From IMG/VR virus record IMGVR_UViG_3300043427_003402: 64,000 bases of DNA; one strand, given 5' to 3'. Positions 36,273 to 45,795 of this stretch are shown piece after piece. Under the pieces are notes generated by a model that was given only the letters and a program-made list of their open reading frames with translations, was not told the origin of the DNA and did not search any database. This DNA comes from a virus. The translations under genes and the position numbers were made by a program. Position 1 is the first letter of the stretch; every line of letters starts with the position of its first letter.

Positions 36273-36353
36273 TTTACGACCTCCTCGCCCCTTGGGGCTG
36301 TATCACGCAGCATTTATTACGCGCCCTGCGCTGGCGCCGGTAACTGTTTAGCC

Positions 36354-36794
36354 TTACCCTATCACAAGCGCCCCGTCGGGCACTTGCTCCATGAACGAGT
36401 CAAATGCCACTTGCATGCGCCCCATGGCGTGATCAGGCACCGGGTTTGTCCGCACCAAATTCCGCGCACGGCAAACGTCGTGCGGTGTGTTGAACACCAC
36501 CAAGTTGACGGCGTAACCGGCCGCCGTCAACTTACTGATTAACGCTTCGCGAAACTGCGGGTGCAGGTTCGTATCGCTGACGTAGAGCGGCACGCCTTGC
36601 CCGATTACCGCGTCAACCAACGCGGTGTGTAACGCCACAGCTTGCGGCGTGCACGCTTGGTTTGTGGCGTCCCCCGACACCGCATGGCGGCAGTCATCGA
36701 GGTTAACGTTAACCCCGCCATTTTGCGCCACCTGATTTGTGGCCCAGTACGTTTTACCGGAACCAGGAATACCGACCGTGATGAATGCTTTCAT
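36354..36794 (-). CDS. Polynucleotide kinase-like P-loop protein (T4 PNK kinase domain / AAA_33-like)
   Basis: VGIPGSGKT; D..R; DTNL; C..RN..R...VP. Confidence 0.8.
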   Translation of the reverse strand: MKAFITVGIPGSGKTYWATNQVAQNGGVNVNLDDCRHAVSGDATNQACTPQAVALHTALVDAVIGQGVPLYVSDTNLHPQFREALISKLTAAGYAVNLVVFNTPHDVCRARNLVRTNPVPDHAMGRMQVAFDSFMEQVPDGALVIG

Positions 36795-36814
36795 TACTTC
36801 TCCTTTCCGCAAAC

Positions 36815-37370
36815 CTAAAGGAAAAACCTTATTTCGCCGGCGCGAGCTGGCGATGAGGGAAATAACCATCACGCACACACACGCTCCCTACTAAGGAAGT
36901 GAATGTGAATGATAGTTATTCCCCTCATCGCCAGCCCGCGCTGACTCAGGGTGCCACGTATTTATCCTGCGCCCGTGACGGCGCGGAGCTAAAGGAAAAA
37001 CCTTATTTGCCAGCGCGAGCTGGCGACGAGAAGAATAACCATCACGCACACGCGCACGCACATACTCCCTCTTAAGGAAGTAAATGTGAGTGTGAATGTG
37101 AATGATAGTTATTCCCCTCATCGCCAGCCCGCGCTGACTCAGGGTGCCACGTATTTATCCTGCGCCCGTGACGGCGCGGAGCTAAAGGAAAAACCTTATT
37201 TGCCAGCGCGAGCTGGCGACGAGAAGAATAACCATCACGCACACGCGCACGCACATACTCCCTCTTAAGGAAGTAAATGTGAGTGTGAATGTGAATGATA
37301 GTTATTCCCCTCATCGCCAGCCCGCGCTGACTCAGGGTGCCACGTATTTATCCTGCGCCCGTGACGGCGC
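36815..37370 (-). ncRNA. Three tandem 174-193 bp units, each a long rod-like hairpin RNA
   Basis: Units start at 36815, 36989 and 37182; units 2 and 3 identical; 37 contiguous bp with 7 G.U pairs only on the minus strand. Confidence 0.7.
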
Positions 37371-37375
37371 AAAAA

Positions 37376-38269
37376 TTAGATCAATTTCTTTTCGAGCATC
37401 TCCTTTCGTGCCCTTTTGGCGGCACTGAGGCTGCCACCAAGGCAGCCGTGCGCTTTCGCGATGTTCGCGATTTGCTGCGCTTGGTCCCTTGATAAGGACC
37501 GACCACTCCATTTTATTTCACCTTGGTCCCTCTCCGGGACCAAGGTGAATCCGTAGGCCGTTGGCCCAACCCATAACACAGTTGCCTCGCCCGGTCCGTT
37601 CCGGACCGCGGTCCTTAAGCCGACCGCTTCTTGCGCCCGAGCACAGGCGCTTTGCGCGGCTTCCGCCGCACCGAAGGCTTTTGTCCGGCTTTCGCCGGAC
37701 AAAAGCCAGGCGGCCTTTTCGGCCGCTTCTTCTGCCTGGCGGAGGAGGCTGACAGCCTCCTCCGCGTCTTCGACGGCCGCTTTGCCGTCGAGGACGCCCC
37801 AATCAACTTGGTCGGCGACCCCCGCCGCCGTTAGCGCGTCGCGGAACGCGCTCAGGTGCCGACTTCCAAACCCTTGTTCACGGGTCAGGGGCCCGTCTAA
37901 ATCGTATGGGTCGTAACACAACACCACGCACGACTCCGCCGCCGCGCCCCGCCCCCGACGCGCCCCGCCCGTGGGGCGATGGATCTCGACCCGGACTTGC
38001 CCGTCCGGGTAGACACACCATCGAGTCCGCCCGGTGCTTGTCTCGTGGTAAACTGCGTGGTCCTCATTAAAGTGGTCAAACCGGTATGCGGGACCCCATG
38101 TCCCGTGGCTCATGCCACAGGCCGCCATAGCGGCCGCCGCTATGGCGGCTTCCGTTTTAAGTTGGAGCACCTGCTCCAGCGCTAGGCTTGTCGCCCACTC
38201 GTGCCCGAAGGCACGGGCCACTTTGTAGGCCGTCTCTAATTGTTTTTCTGTGAATCCTTGGAAACCCAT
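37376..38269 (-). CDS. Hypothetical protein (first gene of the minus-strand cluster)
   Basis: Long ORF; AAGGCGG before ATG 38269. Confidence 0.6.
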   Translation of the reverse strand: MGFQGFTEKQLETAYKVARAFGHEWATSLALEQVLQLKTEAAIAAAAMAACGMSHGTWGPAYRFDHFNEDHAVYHETSTGRTRWCVYPDGQVRVEIHRPTGGARRGRGAAAESCVVLCYDPYDLDGPLTREQGFGSRHLSAFRDALTAAGVADQVDWGVLDGKAAVEDAEEAVSLLRQAEEAAEKAAWLLSGESRTKAFGAAEAAQSACARAQEAVGLRTAVRNGPGEATVLWVGPTAYGFTLVPERDQGEIKWSGRSLSRDQAQQIANIAKAHGCLGGSLSAAKRARKEMLEKKLI

Positions 38270-38357
38270 GATTAACCGCCTTTTGCTCGCGACCGTTAGC
38301 CGTGCTGACGCCAGCACGTTTACACCCCGCACCACGTGTAGGTGGTCGCTTGCGGGG

Positions 38358-38560
38358 CTAAGCAAGTTAACGTCATGCTCAGGACGGGTTGCTTACTGGT
38401 CAGACTCACCACGTCTGACAGGAGTAGTCGATCAGTCAAGAGGTCATTGCGACTACTCTAAGCAATGACTTTGGAGCAGCTTTAACGTCGTACTCAGGAC
38501 GCCCCTTTACAGCTCAACCCCTAAATAGCGAATCACCCTGCACGCAAACACGTACAGGGA
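38358..38560 (-). promoter_or_regulatory. Structured 5' leader with two H-type pseudoknots and intervening hairpins
   Basis: CGUC-CUGAGYAY-GACG-UUAA..UGCU at 38358-38386 and 38474-38501. Confidence 0.55.
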
Positions 38561-38706
38561 TCCTCAACTATATATACCGGAAATATGGCCCCATTATGGG
38601 CCACCCCCACGGGTAGGGGTGCGCGCCTACTCCCAGCGTGCTAATTGCAGCTATCGACGAAAGCAGCTTCGATTACGTGCTACCCCACCTGTGGGGTACG
38701 GGGCCG

Positions 38707-39408
38707 TCAGCCGCGCCGCTGTGCCTGGTAGGCGGTCGGCACTAGGCTCCCACCCGGTGGGGTGGTGGCCGACGCGACCCGGCCGTGGGCCTCTACCGTA
38801 AACCGCGCCGGGTCTCTGTATAGCAGGCTCCGTGCGTGGTTCCAGTTTCGCCGGTGCGAGTACACGATGTGGGTGATCCCACCCGTGGGGTCCTGCAGGG
38901 TTGCCACGGGCAGGTACCCACTGGTCTGGGCCGTGAGGTGGGGCTGCAGCCCGTCCGCGTTACCGATGACCCGCAGGTCTAATGCAGGGGCCGCGTCAAC
39001 CGCGGGGGCGACCGGTGCGTCATCCGCTTGTTTCATCATCAGGTAGATTTGGTAGGGCCCCATGCTCGTTTGCCTCGCTATCTTCTCGACCGCAGTGGGC
39101 CGATTGAAACCGTAGTCTAATACCTTTTGCTTTTCCGACCCCATGATTGTCGGCTCTCCGTGCTTGACGTAAGGGCGCACGTACGCCGCGAACCTGATCA
39201 TGTCGCCTGGCTTGAACGGCTTAAATTCTTGCGTGTGGGGAAGCCAGACGTGATCCGTTACGTGCTCGTCCGTGTCTGTAGTGCGTACGTTCTCCAGCAC
39301 CACGGTGCGTCCGTTCGAGCCGTAGCGCCCGATCCGTGCTTGGTACGTTAAAGGGGTTGCGTCGGGGTGCCGCTCTAGCGGCGCGCGTTGCGCTAAGAAC
39401 TCGCGCAT
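38707..39408 (-). CDS. Hypothetical protein (OB-fold-like N-terminus)
   Basis: TDHVW..GD.I.F.A.V.PY.K motif. Confidence 0.6.
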   Translation of the reverse strand: MREFLAQRAPLERHPDATPLTYQARIGRYGSNGRTVVLENVRTTDTDEHVTDHVWLPHTQEFKPFKPGDMIRFAAYVRPYVKHGEPTIMGSEKQKVLDYGFNRPTAVEKIARQTSMGPYQIYLMMKQADDAPVAPAVDAAPALDLRVIGNADGLQPHLTAQTSGYLPVATLQDPTGGITHIVYSHRRNWNHARSLLYRDPARFTVEAHGRVASATTPPGGSLVPTAYQAQRRG

Positions 39409-40886
39409 TAGCTGATGCTCTCGATCGTGATCGCCTCGTTTATAAAACAGGCGACACGGGGGCTAAACCCTTTAGTTAAATTCTCGGGGAACGACAGTAC
39501 GTACGGGCTGCTGGTATTGAAGATCGTCCCGTCCCCGTACAGCACCTGCGCGAACAAGTCGTAGTCTTGAATGACGTTGACGGCCCCGGCGGCGTGCACG
39601 GCGGCGGTAACTTGCGAGACTGCCACGTTCTCCTCGACCTGTAGGCCGTCCAGATAGCTCTGAATGTTGGCGAGAGCTTGGTTTTTCTGGTCCGTCGACA
39701 GCCCTTCGGCATAGACTGTGCCAGCAAGCCAGACGGGGTGGAAGTAACGCACCAGCGTATTCGCGCAGATGACGCGGTTAATCGGGTCGTTGACGTAGTC
39801 GTCGATTCGCACCACGTCCGGGGCGTAAGAGATGTCTACCAGCAACGTTTCGTTCGTTACACCGGGGTCAACAAAAAGGTACGCCGGGTCTTTCGCCGAG
39901 AACCTCAAGCTCGGGGTGCTGCCTTGCAGGTCAAAGAACGGCGCGAGTTCAGGCTTCCCTTTTACTTTTACGCTGTGCACTTTCAAGACTGCGCGGTACG
40001 CTTCCAACGAAACCAGCGCCTCACCCGCCGCAACAAAAATTTCAACGGTGTCGCGCACAATCGGTGTTTTGACGTAGATGTCGGTGTGCCCGCCGATCGC
40101 CAGCGTTATCGTCCCTGCGACTGGGTCGTCTACTGTAATTTGATCGCGTTTCATTTCCGGGTCTTGGTAGCCGGCCACCGCCAAACGCGAAATCGTACTA
40201 GGGAACTGCCCGTACAGCACTTTTTCAATCGACAGCCGGTTTACCAAGTTGGCCACAACCGGCGCGGTGCGAATACGCTCGGCGTACGCTGCGGCGGACT
40301 CCTGATCCCGGCCGCCGATCATTGGCGCCACAGAAATAATCTCAATCACGTTGGTGTTGCTGCTAAGTGCAGCAGACGTAAATAACGTGCCTACCGCCGC
40401 AACATACTGCGAACCCGGTTCAGCCGCGCGCAGTTGAACGCGCGTGTAAAAGTAGCCAAACGTCGGATCCTCTACTAATTGTTCCGGCGTTACTGACACA
40501 TCAGCTTGCGGATAGTAGACCAGACCGTTCTGCTCGAACATATCGTTTGTAGTTAGCTGCACGCTCTGCCGCACCACGAACTTTATCGCCACGGTACCCG
40601 ACGCCGCTTCCCCCGCACTACGCGTCACGAAAAAGCGGTCACCCACAGCAGCCAGCTCCGAATCCGTTAACTCGTCAGCGGCAAGCAGCGTCGTTTTACG
40701 AGCAGCAGTGTTAATCATGTCAATAATCTGCGCCACCACAGGCAACTGCGCCCGAACAAACAAGTCATACTGCGGGGTACCGGAGCGCAGGTCGAGCTCG
40801 TCACCGGTCGTCGACAGGTAGTTTGCTTTGATCGCCTCGACAAGAAACTGCTCTGCTTGCTGCAAAACAATATCGGTTACCGCCAT
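39408..40886 (-). CDS. Baseplate J-like / wedge protein
   Basis: DLRSGT..DLFV; R..G..ASG.V; AAEPG..Y; GGRDQES...Y..R. Confidence 0.85.
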   Translation of the reverse strand: MAVTDIVLQQAEQFLVEAIKANYLSTTGDELDLRSGTPQYDLFVRAQLPVVAQIIDMINTAARKTTLLAADELTDSELAAVGDRFFVTRSAGEAASGTVAIKFVVRQSVQLTTNDMFEQNGLVYYPQADVSVTPEQLVEDPTFGYFYTRVQLRAAEPGSQYVAAVGTLFTSAALSSNTNVIEIISVAPMIGGRDQESAAAYAERIRTAPVVANLVNRLSIEKVLYGQFPSTISRLAVAGYQDPEMKRDQITVDDPVAGTITLAIGGHTDIYVKTPIVRDTVEIFVAAGEALVSLEAYRAVLKVHSVKVKGKPELAPFFDLQGSTPSLRFSAKDPAYLFVDPGVTNETLLVDISYAPDVVRIDDYVNDPINRVICANTLVRYFHPVWLAGTVYAEGLSTDQKNQALANIQSYLDGLQVEENVAVSQVTAAVHAAGAVNVIQDYDLFAQVLYGDGTIFNTSSPYVLSFPENLTKGFSPRVACFINEAITIESIS

Positions 40887-41341
40887 TATGCAATCTCCGT
40901 ACTAAAAGGGATGCTCATACCAACGCTTTGACCTGCCGCGTTTGTCACTACGGCCGTCACTGTCAACATCGACTGCGTCTTATCTATTTCGATTGAGTCC
41001 GCGATTAACCGTTGCAACCGCTGGTCGTCAGGCAGCTGCTGGTCCCGCTGCCGCGCCATCAGCACCGCTTGCGCGCGGTTGAACTCCACCTGTACAAAAT
41101 TCTGCAACTCTGTCACGTCGTTGACCGAGACCCGCCCCACCATCGCCGGTAGCAGTGTACCGAACTCTTCATCTGACGGTATAGAGCCCAGCGTGGTAAG
41201 CAGGCAGTAAATAACTTCAAACACTAACTTGTCTGCGCCCGTACCGTAGCGTGCGTCTGCGAAACCGCGCCGGACGTCGATGCTGTATAGCCCAAGACCG
41301 AGCTTTTCGTACACTCCGGCTGCAAATCCGAACGTTGCCAT
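40886..41341 (-). CDS. gp25-like baseplate protein (sheath initiator)
   Basis: KL...LLT..GS.P...FGT motif; adjacent to baseplate J. Confidence 0.75.
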   Translation of the reverse strand: MATFGFAAGVYEKLGLGLYSIDVRRGFADARYGTGADKLVFEVIYCLLTTLGSIPSDEEFGTLLPAMVGRVSVNDVTELQNFVQVEFNRAQAVLMARQRDQQLPDDQRLQRLIADSIEIDKTQSMLTVTAVVTNAAGQSVGMSIPFSTEIA

Positions 41342-41352
41342 GCGCTACTCCG

Positions 41353-41694
41353 TCAAACCCGCCCCGTCGCGTGGCGCTTTACGCGCCCATCTTCATAATT
41401 ATCGACCTGCTGACGTGCAGCACGGGCGTCCTGTACATAATCTAAGAAGGACTTGTTCCGCAGCTCCACAGCGCGCTTTGACGCGGCGATGCAGTCCAGA
41501 GCCTGCTGTTCTACTGCCAGTAACCCCGGTGCCCTCGTGTCTTTTATCGCCGCCTCCAACGCTTTCGGCGCGTGCAGCGCTGCCACCACAGTTTCTGCGT
41601 AGGGTGTGAAAGTTAAATTTTCTACTGCTTGACGGTACGCCTTCCGGGCGGTTACAAATTTCTGGAACTCAAGGTTCGGAGCAGAGTCAGCCAC
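41353..41694 (-). CDS. Hypothetical protein
   Basis: GAGAGG SD; operonic. Confidence 0.55.
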   Translation of the reverse strand: MADSAPNLEFQKFVTARKAYRQAVENLTFTPYAETVVAALHAPKALEAAIKDTRAPGLLAVEQQALDCIAASKRAVELRNKSFLDYVQDARAARQQVDNYEDGRVKRHATGRV

Positions 41695-41711
41695 AGTAGG
41701 TACCTCTCAGC

Positions 41712-42839
41712 GTGAAGATTCAAAAACCTAGTAAAACCGCGTACGATGACCACCGGAAAGCAAGTGCGGATCGGCATTACGCAACTGTTCTGACGGTGGA
41801 CCCCGTCAGGCATACCGCAACCGTGCTGACTTCCGACAACCGCGTGCTGCGGGATATACCAATTATAAAAGATACGGGCGGGCACGGCGCGGGCGACTTC
41901 TCAACGCCTGAACCAGGGTGGCAGTGCGTGTTAACCCAAGCTATAGGCGTCGAAGCGATTGATTTCTGCTTTCCAGCGGCCACTTATTTCTCGGACGGGC
42001 AGCCCCCGGAGCACGACGAGAACACACAAGCGGTGAACACGTTCTTGAGCCTGACGGGCGCGCCCGCGCCTTACCGTAAAGTAGAGAACCCCACTAAAAG
42101 TTTTCGCGGTCGCCGGCCGTATGATCTGATCGCAGGCGATCAAGGCTTCCGTACGTCTGAGGGCGCATCGGTGTTCGCCCTGCGCGGCGGCGTCGCGGGC
42201 ATCAAAGTTGACGACTTGTGCCAGATCCTACTGAACCAGGTCGACCACTTGACACGCGTCGTTTCTCGGCAATTCGAGCTGATGACCGACGCCGGGATTA
42301 TTCAGAGCGAGAATGACAAAGGTAAAACTTCCTTTCGCGTACGCGCGAACAGCGCTGCCCGTAACACTTACTCCGACGCTTACGAGTTCGATCTCAAGGT
42401 TGGGGCTAACGCAAGCAAAGCGTTCATTGACTACGAGCTGCGCTCACCCGACACAAGGGAACGCTCGGCGTCGCTTAAGATGGATCAGACCGGGACAAGT
42501 GTCGCGTACCAGCGCGGGGATGACCTCCGTGAGGTGGGCGGAAGACAAGGCTTAGGTGTTGCAGGTAATCAAAAAATTATCGTTGCGGGAAATCAGGATA
42601 TTGAAGTTGACGGTAATCATCGTCTAAAGTGTGGAAACGTTAACTTGGGCGATAACGGCGGGGAAAAAGCGCCAATGGGAGAACAGCTTCAAAGGTACCT
42701 GGATGAGCTGAAGTTCTTTCTTGACACACAGCTCATGGTGATGACGTCTATGGGCCCCAGTACACCCGGCGCGTTCATGAAACCTTCCCCCACAGTACCG
42801 CGCTTGCTTTCAGACGTCGTCAAGTATATCCAGCGGTAG
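41712..42839 (+). CDS. Baseplate central spike (gp5/gpV-like)
   Basis: N-terminal OB fold with PEPGWQC; C-terminal VxGNxxxx beta-helix repeats; GE.L..YL..L tail. Confidence 0.7.
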   Translation: MKIQKPSKTAYDDHRKASADRHYATVLTVDPVRHTATVLTSDNRVLRDIPIIKDTGGHGAGDFSTPEPGWQCVLTQAIGVEAIDFCFPAATYFSDGQPPEHDENTQAVNTFLSLTGAPAPYRKVENPTKSFRGRRPYDLIAGDQGFRTSEGASVFALRGGVAGIKVDDLCQILLNQVDHLTRVVSRQFELMTDAGIIQSENDKGKTSFRVRANSAARNTYSDAYEFDLKVGANASKAFIDYELRSPDTRERSASLKMDQTGTSVAYQRGDDLREVGGRQGLGVAGNQKIIVAGNQDIEVDGNHRLKCGNVNLGDNGGEKAPMGEQLQRYLDELKFFLDTQLMVMTSMGPSTPGAFMKPSPTVPRLLSDVVKYIQR

Positions 42840-42853
42840 TTAAGGAGTACAAA

Positions 42854-43054
42854 ATGCCTTCAGCTTCGATAGCAGCGTTTAACATTTCAGAGCCCGCCGC
42901 AATGGCAGCACTGGTGCTGGCGCTGCAGGACGCGCTGCAGCCGCGCGATACAAACCAAGTGGACCTGCAAGCCATCAAGTTGGCGAACGCCATATCGACG
43001 TACGTGAAGGCGGCGATGCTGCCCCCGCTAGGCGTTATCGACCTTTCGCCTTAA
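42854..43054 (+). CDS. Small virion-associated hypothetical protein
   Basis: AAGGAG SD; LANAISTYVK motif; follows the spike gene. Confidence 0.6.
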   Translation: MPSASIAAFNISEPAAMAALVLALQDALQPRDTNQVDLQAIKLANAISTYVKAAMLPPLGVIDLSP

Positions 43055-43066
43055 AGGAACTACACC

Positions 43067-45790
43067 GTGCCACCCACCGAGGAACAAATTCGCCTGGTCA
43101 CGAAAGGCCGCTTTGACTCTGGTTTCCAGGGTCTAGACGCGCTGATTCAACCTTTAGACGCAGTCGCCGAACTATTCGGTAAGATTTCGCCGCTGTTAAT
43201 GGCCGCAGAGGGGCTGATTACCGCGTTTAAGCTTGCTGTGCAGATTGTACTCGGTCCCATACTGTTTTTCATGGGCCTCGTGGCCGATGCTACGGGCTTT
43301 ATGCGCACGGCCGCGCAGCAGATAAAAACGAAGCTCGCGGAGTTCTTGGCCGCGGTAGACTTCGACATGGCGCAGGCCGCTTACCGCGGACCGGTCGCGC
43401 AGTTCCCGAATGCGGTTACGGCGTACTTCACCCCATACAACTCGCAGACCAGCGCCGACGCGAACATTCACGCGCACCCGGCGGAGACTGACGTGACGGC
43501 AGTGATTATCGTCACGACCGATAAGGTGGCGGCAGTCGCGCTCTCGCCCGATAACTTTTGTGTCCCGATTGTCAGGCCCCAAAATAGTCCGACACTCCAA
43601 GCCGTAGCGGGGCCGCAGGCGGCCTTTGTCGCCGCGCCCGCCACCTCCGCCACGCTTTACGCGGCTTACGCAATCGCGTATAAGCCCGGTACCTCAGACG
43701 AGATCGAGACGCCCGCCTCGCCTGCCGCGCGCGTGGTGGTGAAAGCCGGAGAGGCCGTACGGATCACGCTACCGGAATCCGAACTCACGCTCCCGGGCGC
43801 GCCCCCGCGTAGCCGCTACGTGTATTTAGGGACGTCCGAAATTACGATGCGCCGCGTAGGGGCGTTGACAGGCTCGGACGCCATGCTGACGGTGCAAACG
43901 CTACCGCCAACCACCGCACAGCTGCCAGTGGGTGCCACCGGAGAACCGCCTGCTGCGCAAAACAAGATTACAAACGCGCAAATTGCAGCGGACGCGGCAC
44001 TCGGCGTCACTTGGAAGTCTGCCGCATCCGCGTCTAAAACTTATAGGCTAGCGCTGCTCAAGAAGCGCGCTGAACCGCGCCCAGCAGGCCCAACCAGCCC
44101 GGTCTCCGTTGCCCCGGCTGGCCTTGGCGAGCAGTTTAAAGCCAACGAGACGTACGAGTTTAGCTACTCGTACATGGGCTTGATAGCAGACCCCGCGCGC
44201 CCAGAACAGCCGCCCCGAGAACTCGAGACGGCAGTTGCCCCGTGGCAAAAGTTCACGACCACGGACGCCACGAGTGGCCTGACCGTGACGGTGCCGGCCG
44301 TCAGCGCGTTTATCACTCTCGTGTATATGCGCCACCCGGATCGCCCCGACACGATGTACCGCGTGCAGACGCTGATGGCGGGCAACGACACTGTTACGTG
44401 GGCGCCCACGGGCCCGCTGACTTGGGCGCACATGCAAACCGCGTGGCCTGTTGACCCAAACTGGGACAGGTTTGAACAGAAGTTTGTAACCGAAGCCGGC
44501 GAAGTACACGCGTTTGCGTTCCCTCAAGCAGGCGTGCTCAAGGGCGAATACCGCGTTGCAGTAGCCTCCGAAGACTCGGAAATGCTGTCGCACAACGTAC
44601 CTTACGAAGGCGCAAAGTTTTTCGAGACACGTACAAAAGAGACAGTGCTTGTTGACTTTCAGAGCGAGTCGGTGGTCGACGTGCAGTTTAAAACAAATTG
44701 GCTGCCTGACGCCACCGTGGACCCGTACGTCAAAGTTAGCCTAAAGGACCCGGCTGACGGCGCCCTTTACGAGAATTCTTTATCCTACGCAGACCAAGAG
44801 TTTTCCCGCTCGTCCGACGGCTTGATCACTCACCGGTGCACCCTGCCGGACGGCGCTAGCTTCGCAGCAGGCGCCAAGTACAAATTGGTGCTGGAGCTTT
44901 TGCAGCAGGGCCAAGCGCAGGACAGCGTGCTTATTGAAGGTATAGTGTACACACCGGACTTCTTTACCGACCGCACGCCACAGGCGCTAACTGTTCAATT
45001 TACGAGCAGCACACAGGCTTCAGTCACCGGGAGAGTAGGCGCGGCGTGGGCAAGCGTACCGAACGGCACTTCGATTAAGTTCAAGTTTGAGGTCCGGTCT
45101 ACTGTACCGGCGGGCACGATGTTTACGGCGCAGGCCCCTTGGACAGGCGGCGCCGTGAGCCCTTCGACCGGAACGACGGCGGTCACGCAGCAAGTCTTAT
45201 TAACAACTCCGCACCTGTTTGCGCAGGGCTCAACCTACGAATTTGTAATTACGCCTGTCGTCAATGGGGAAGAACTTGTCGCGCAGCGGCTAGAAGCGGC
45301 CAAGACGTACGGTACGGCCGCGGCCCTCGCCCCGAGTATGGGCCCGTTGTGGGTGCTGCCTTTTCTGAAGGTATTTTATATTTTAAACCCTGTTAAAGAT
45401 TTCTTAGGGCAAGTTGACAGCGTTCTTGAGCGCGCGTTTTCCGTGTTGAAGGAGACCGTCGATAAGGCAAGCGAGCGTAAAGCTGGTATCGAGGCAATGC
45501 TGAAGTTTTTCGACGACCTGCTCGAGAATGTGCGCAGCGCGTCTAACTCCGTGCAAGGCGCAGTCACGCGCCTGTTCTCGTTCAAGGCGTCTTTCAAGGC
45601 GGCTTTGAAACTCGGGCCCGTTTGTATATTGAAGTACGACGGTAAAGTCGGGAACCTTGGCGCGGCGTTGGCAGCCAACGACCAGTTTGCCACGTTAGTT
45701 GACCTTGGGGCTGACACAGAGATTTACGCCACCATCTACATCGCGCAGGGCTCCGGCCGTGCGTTCGTTAGTTCGTTGCTGGGAGGCTAG
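43067..45790 (+). CDS. Large structural protein with Ig/FN3-like middle
   Basis: ET.AS/ETAV beta modules; helical ends. Confidence 0.6.
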   Translation: MPPTEEQIRLVTKGRFDSGFQGLDALIQPLDAVAELFGKISPLLMAAEGLITAFKLAVQIVLGPILFFMGLVADATGFMRTAAQQIKTKLAEFLAAVDFDMAQAAYRGPVAQFPNAVTAYFTPYNSQTSADANIHAHPAETDVTAVIIVTTDKVAAVALSPDNFCVPIVRPQNSPTLQAVAGPQAAFVAAPATSATLYAAYAIAYKPGTSDEIETPASPAARVVVKAGEAVRITLPESELTLPGAPPRSRYVYLGTSEITMRRVGALTGSDAMLTVQTLPPTTAQLPVGATGEPPAAQNKITNAQIAADAALGVTWKSAASASKTYRLALLKKRAEPRPAGPTSPVSVAPAGLGEQFKANETYEFSYSYMGLIADPARPEQPPRELETAVAPWQKFTTTDATSGLTVTVPAVSAFITLVYMRHPDRPDTMYRVQTLMAGNDTVTWAPTGPLTWAHMQTAWPVDPNWDRFEQKFVTEAGEVHAFAFPQAGVLKGEYRVAVASEDSEMLSHNVPYEGAKFFETRTKETVLVDFQSESVVDVQFKTNWLPDATVDPYVKVSLKDPADGALYENSLSYADQEFSRSSDGLITHRCTLPDGASFAAGAKYKLVLELLQQGQAQDSVLIEGIVYTPDFFTDRTPQALTVQFTSSTQASVTGRVGAAWASVPNGTSIKFKFEVRSTVPAGTMFTAQAPWTGGAVSPSTGTTAVTQQVLLTTPHLFAQGSTYEFVITPVVNGEELVAQRLEAAKTYGTAAALAPSMGPLWVLPFLKVFYILNPVKDFLGQVDSVLERAFSVLKETVDKASERKAGIEAMLKFFDDLLENVRSASNSVQGAVTRLFSFKASFKAALKLGPVCILKYDGKVGNLGAALAANDQFATLVDLGADTEIYATIYIAQGSGRAFVSSLLGG

Positions 45791-45795
45791 AAGTT

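Noticed and set aside
36891-37314. 76-80 aa ORFs within the tandem repeats
   Set aside because: No SD, the reading frame is not kept in unit 1, and variation preserves RNA pairing instead.
36815-37370. CRISPR array interpretation of the large tandem repeat
   Set aside because: Units are 174-193 bp with no unique spacers.
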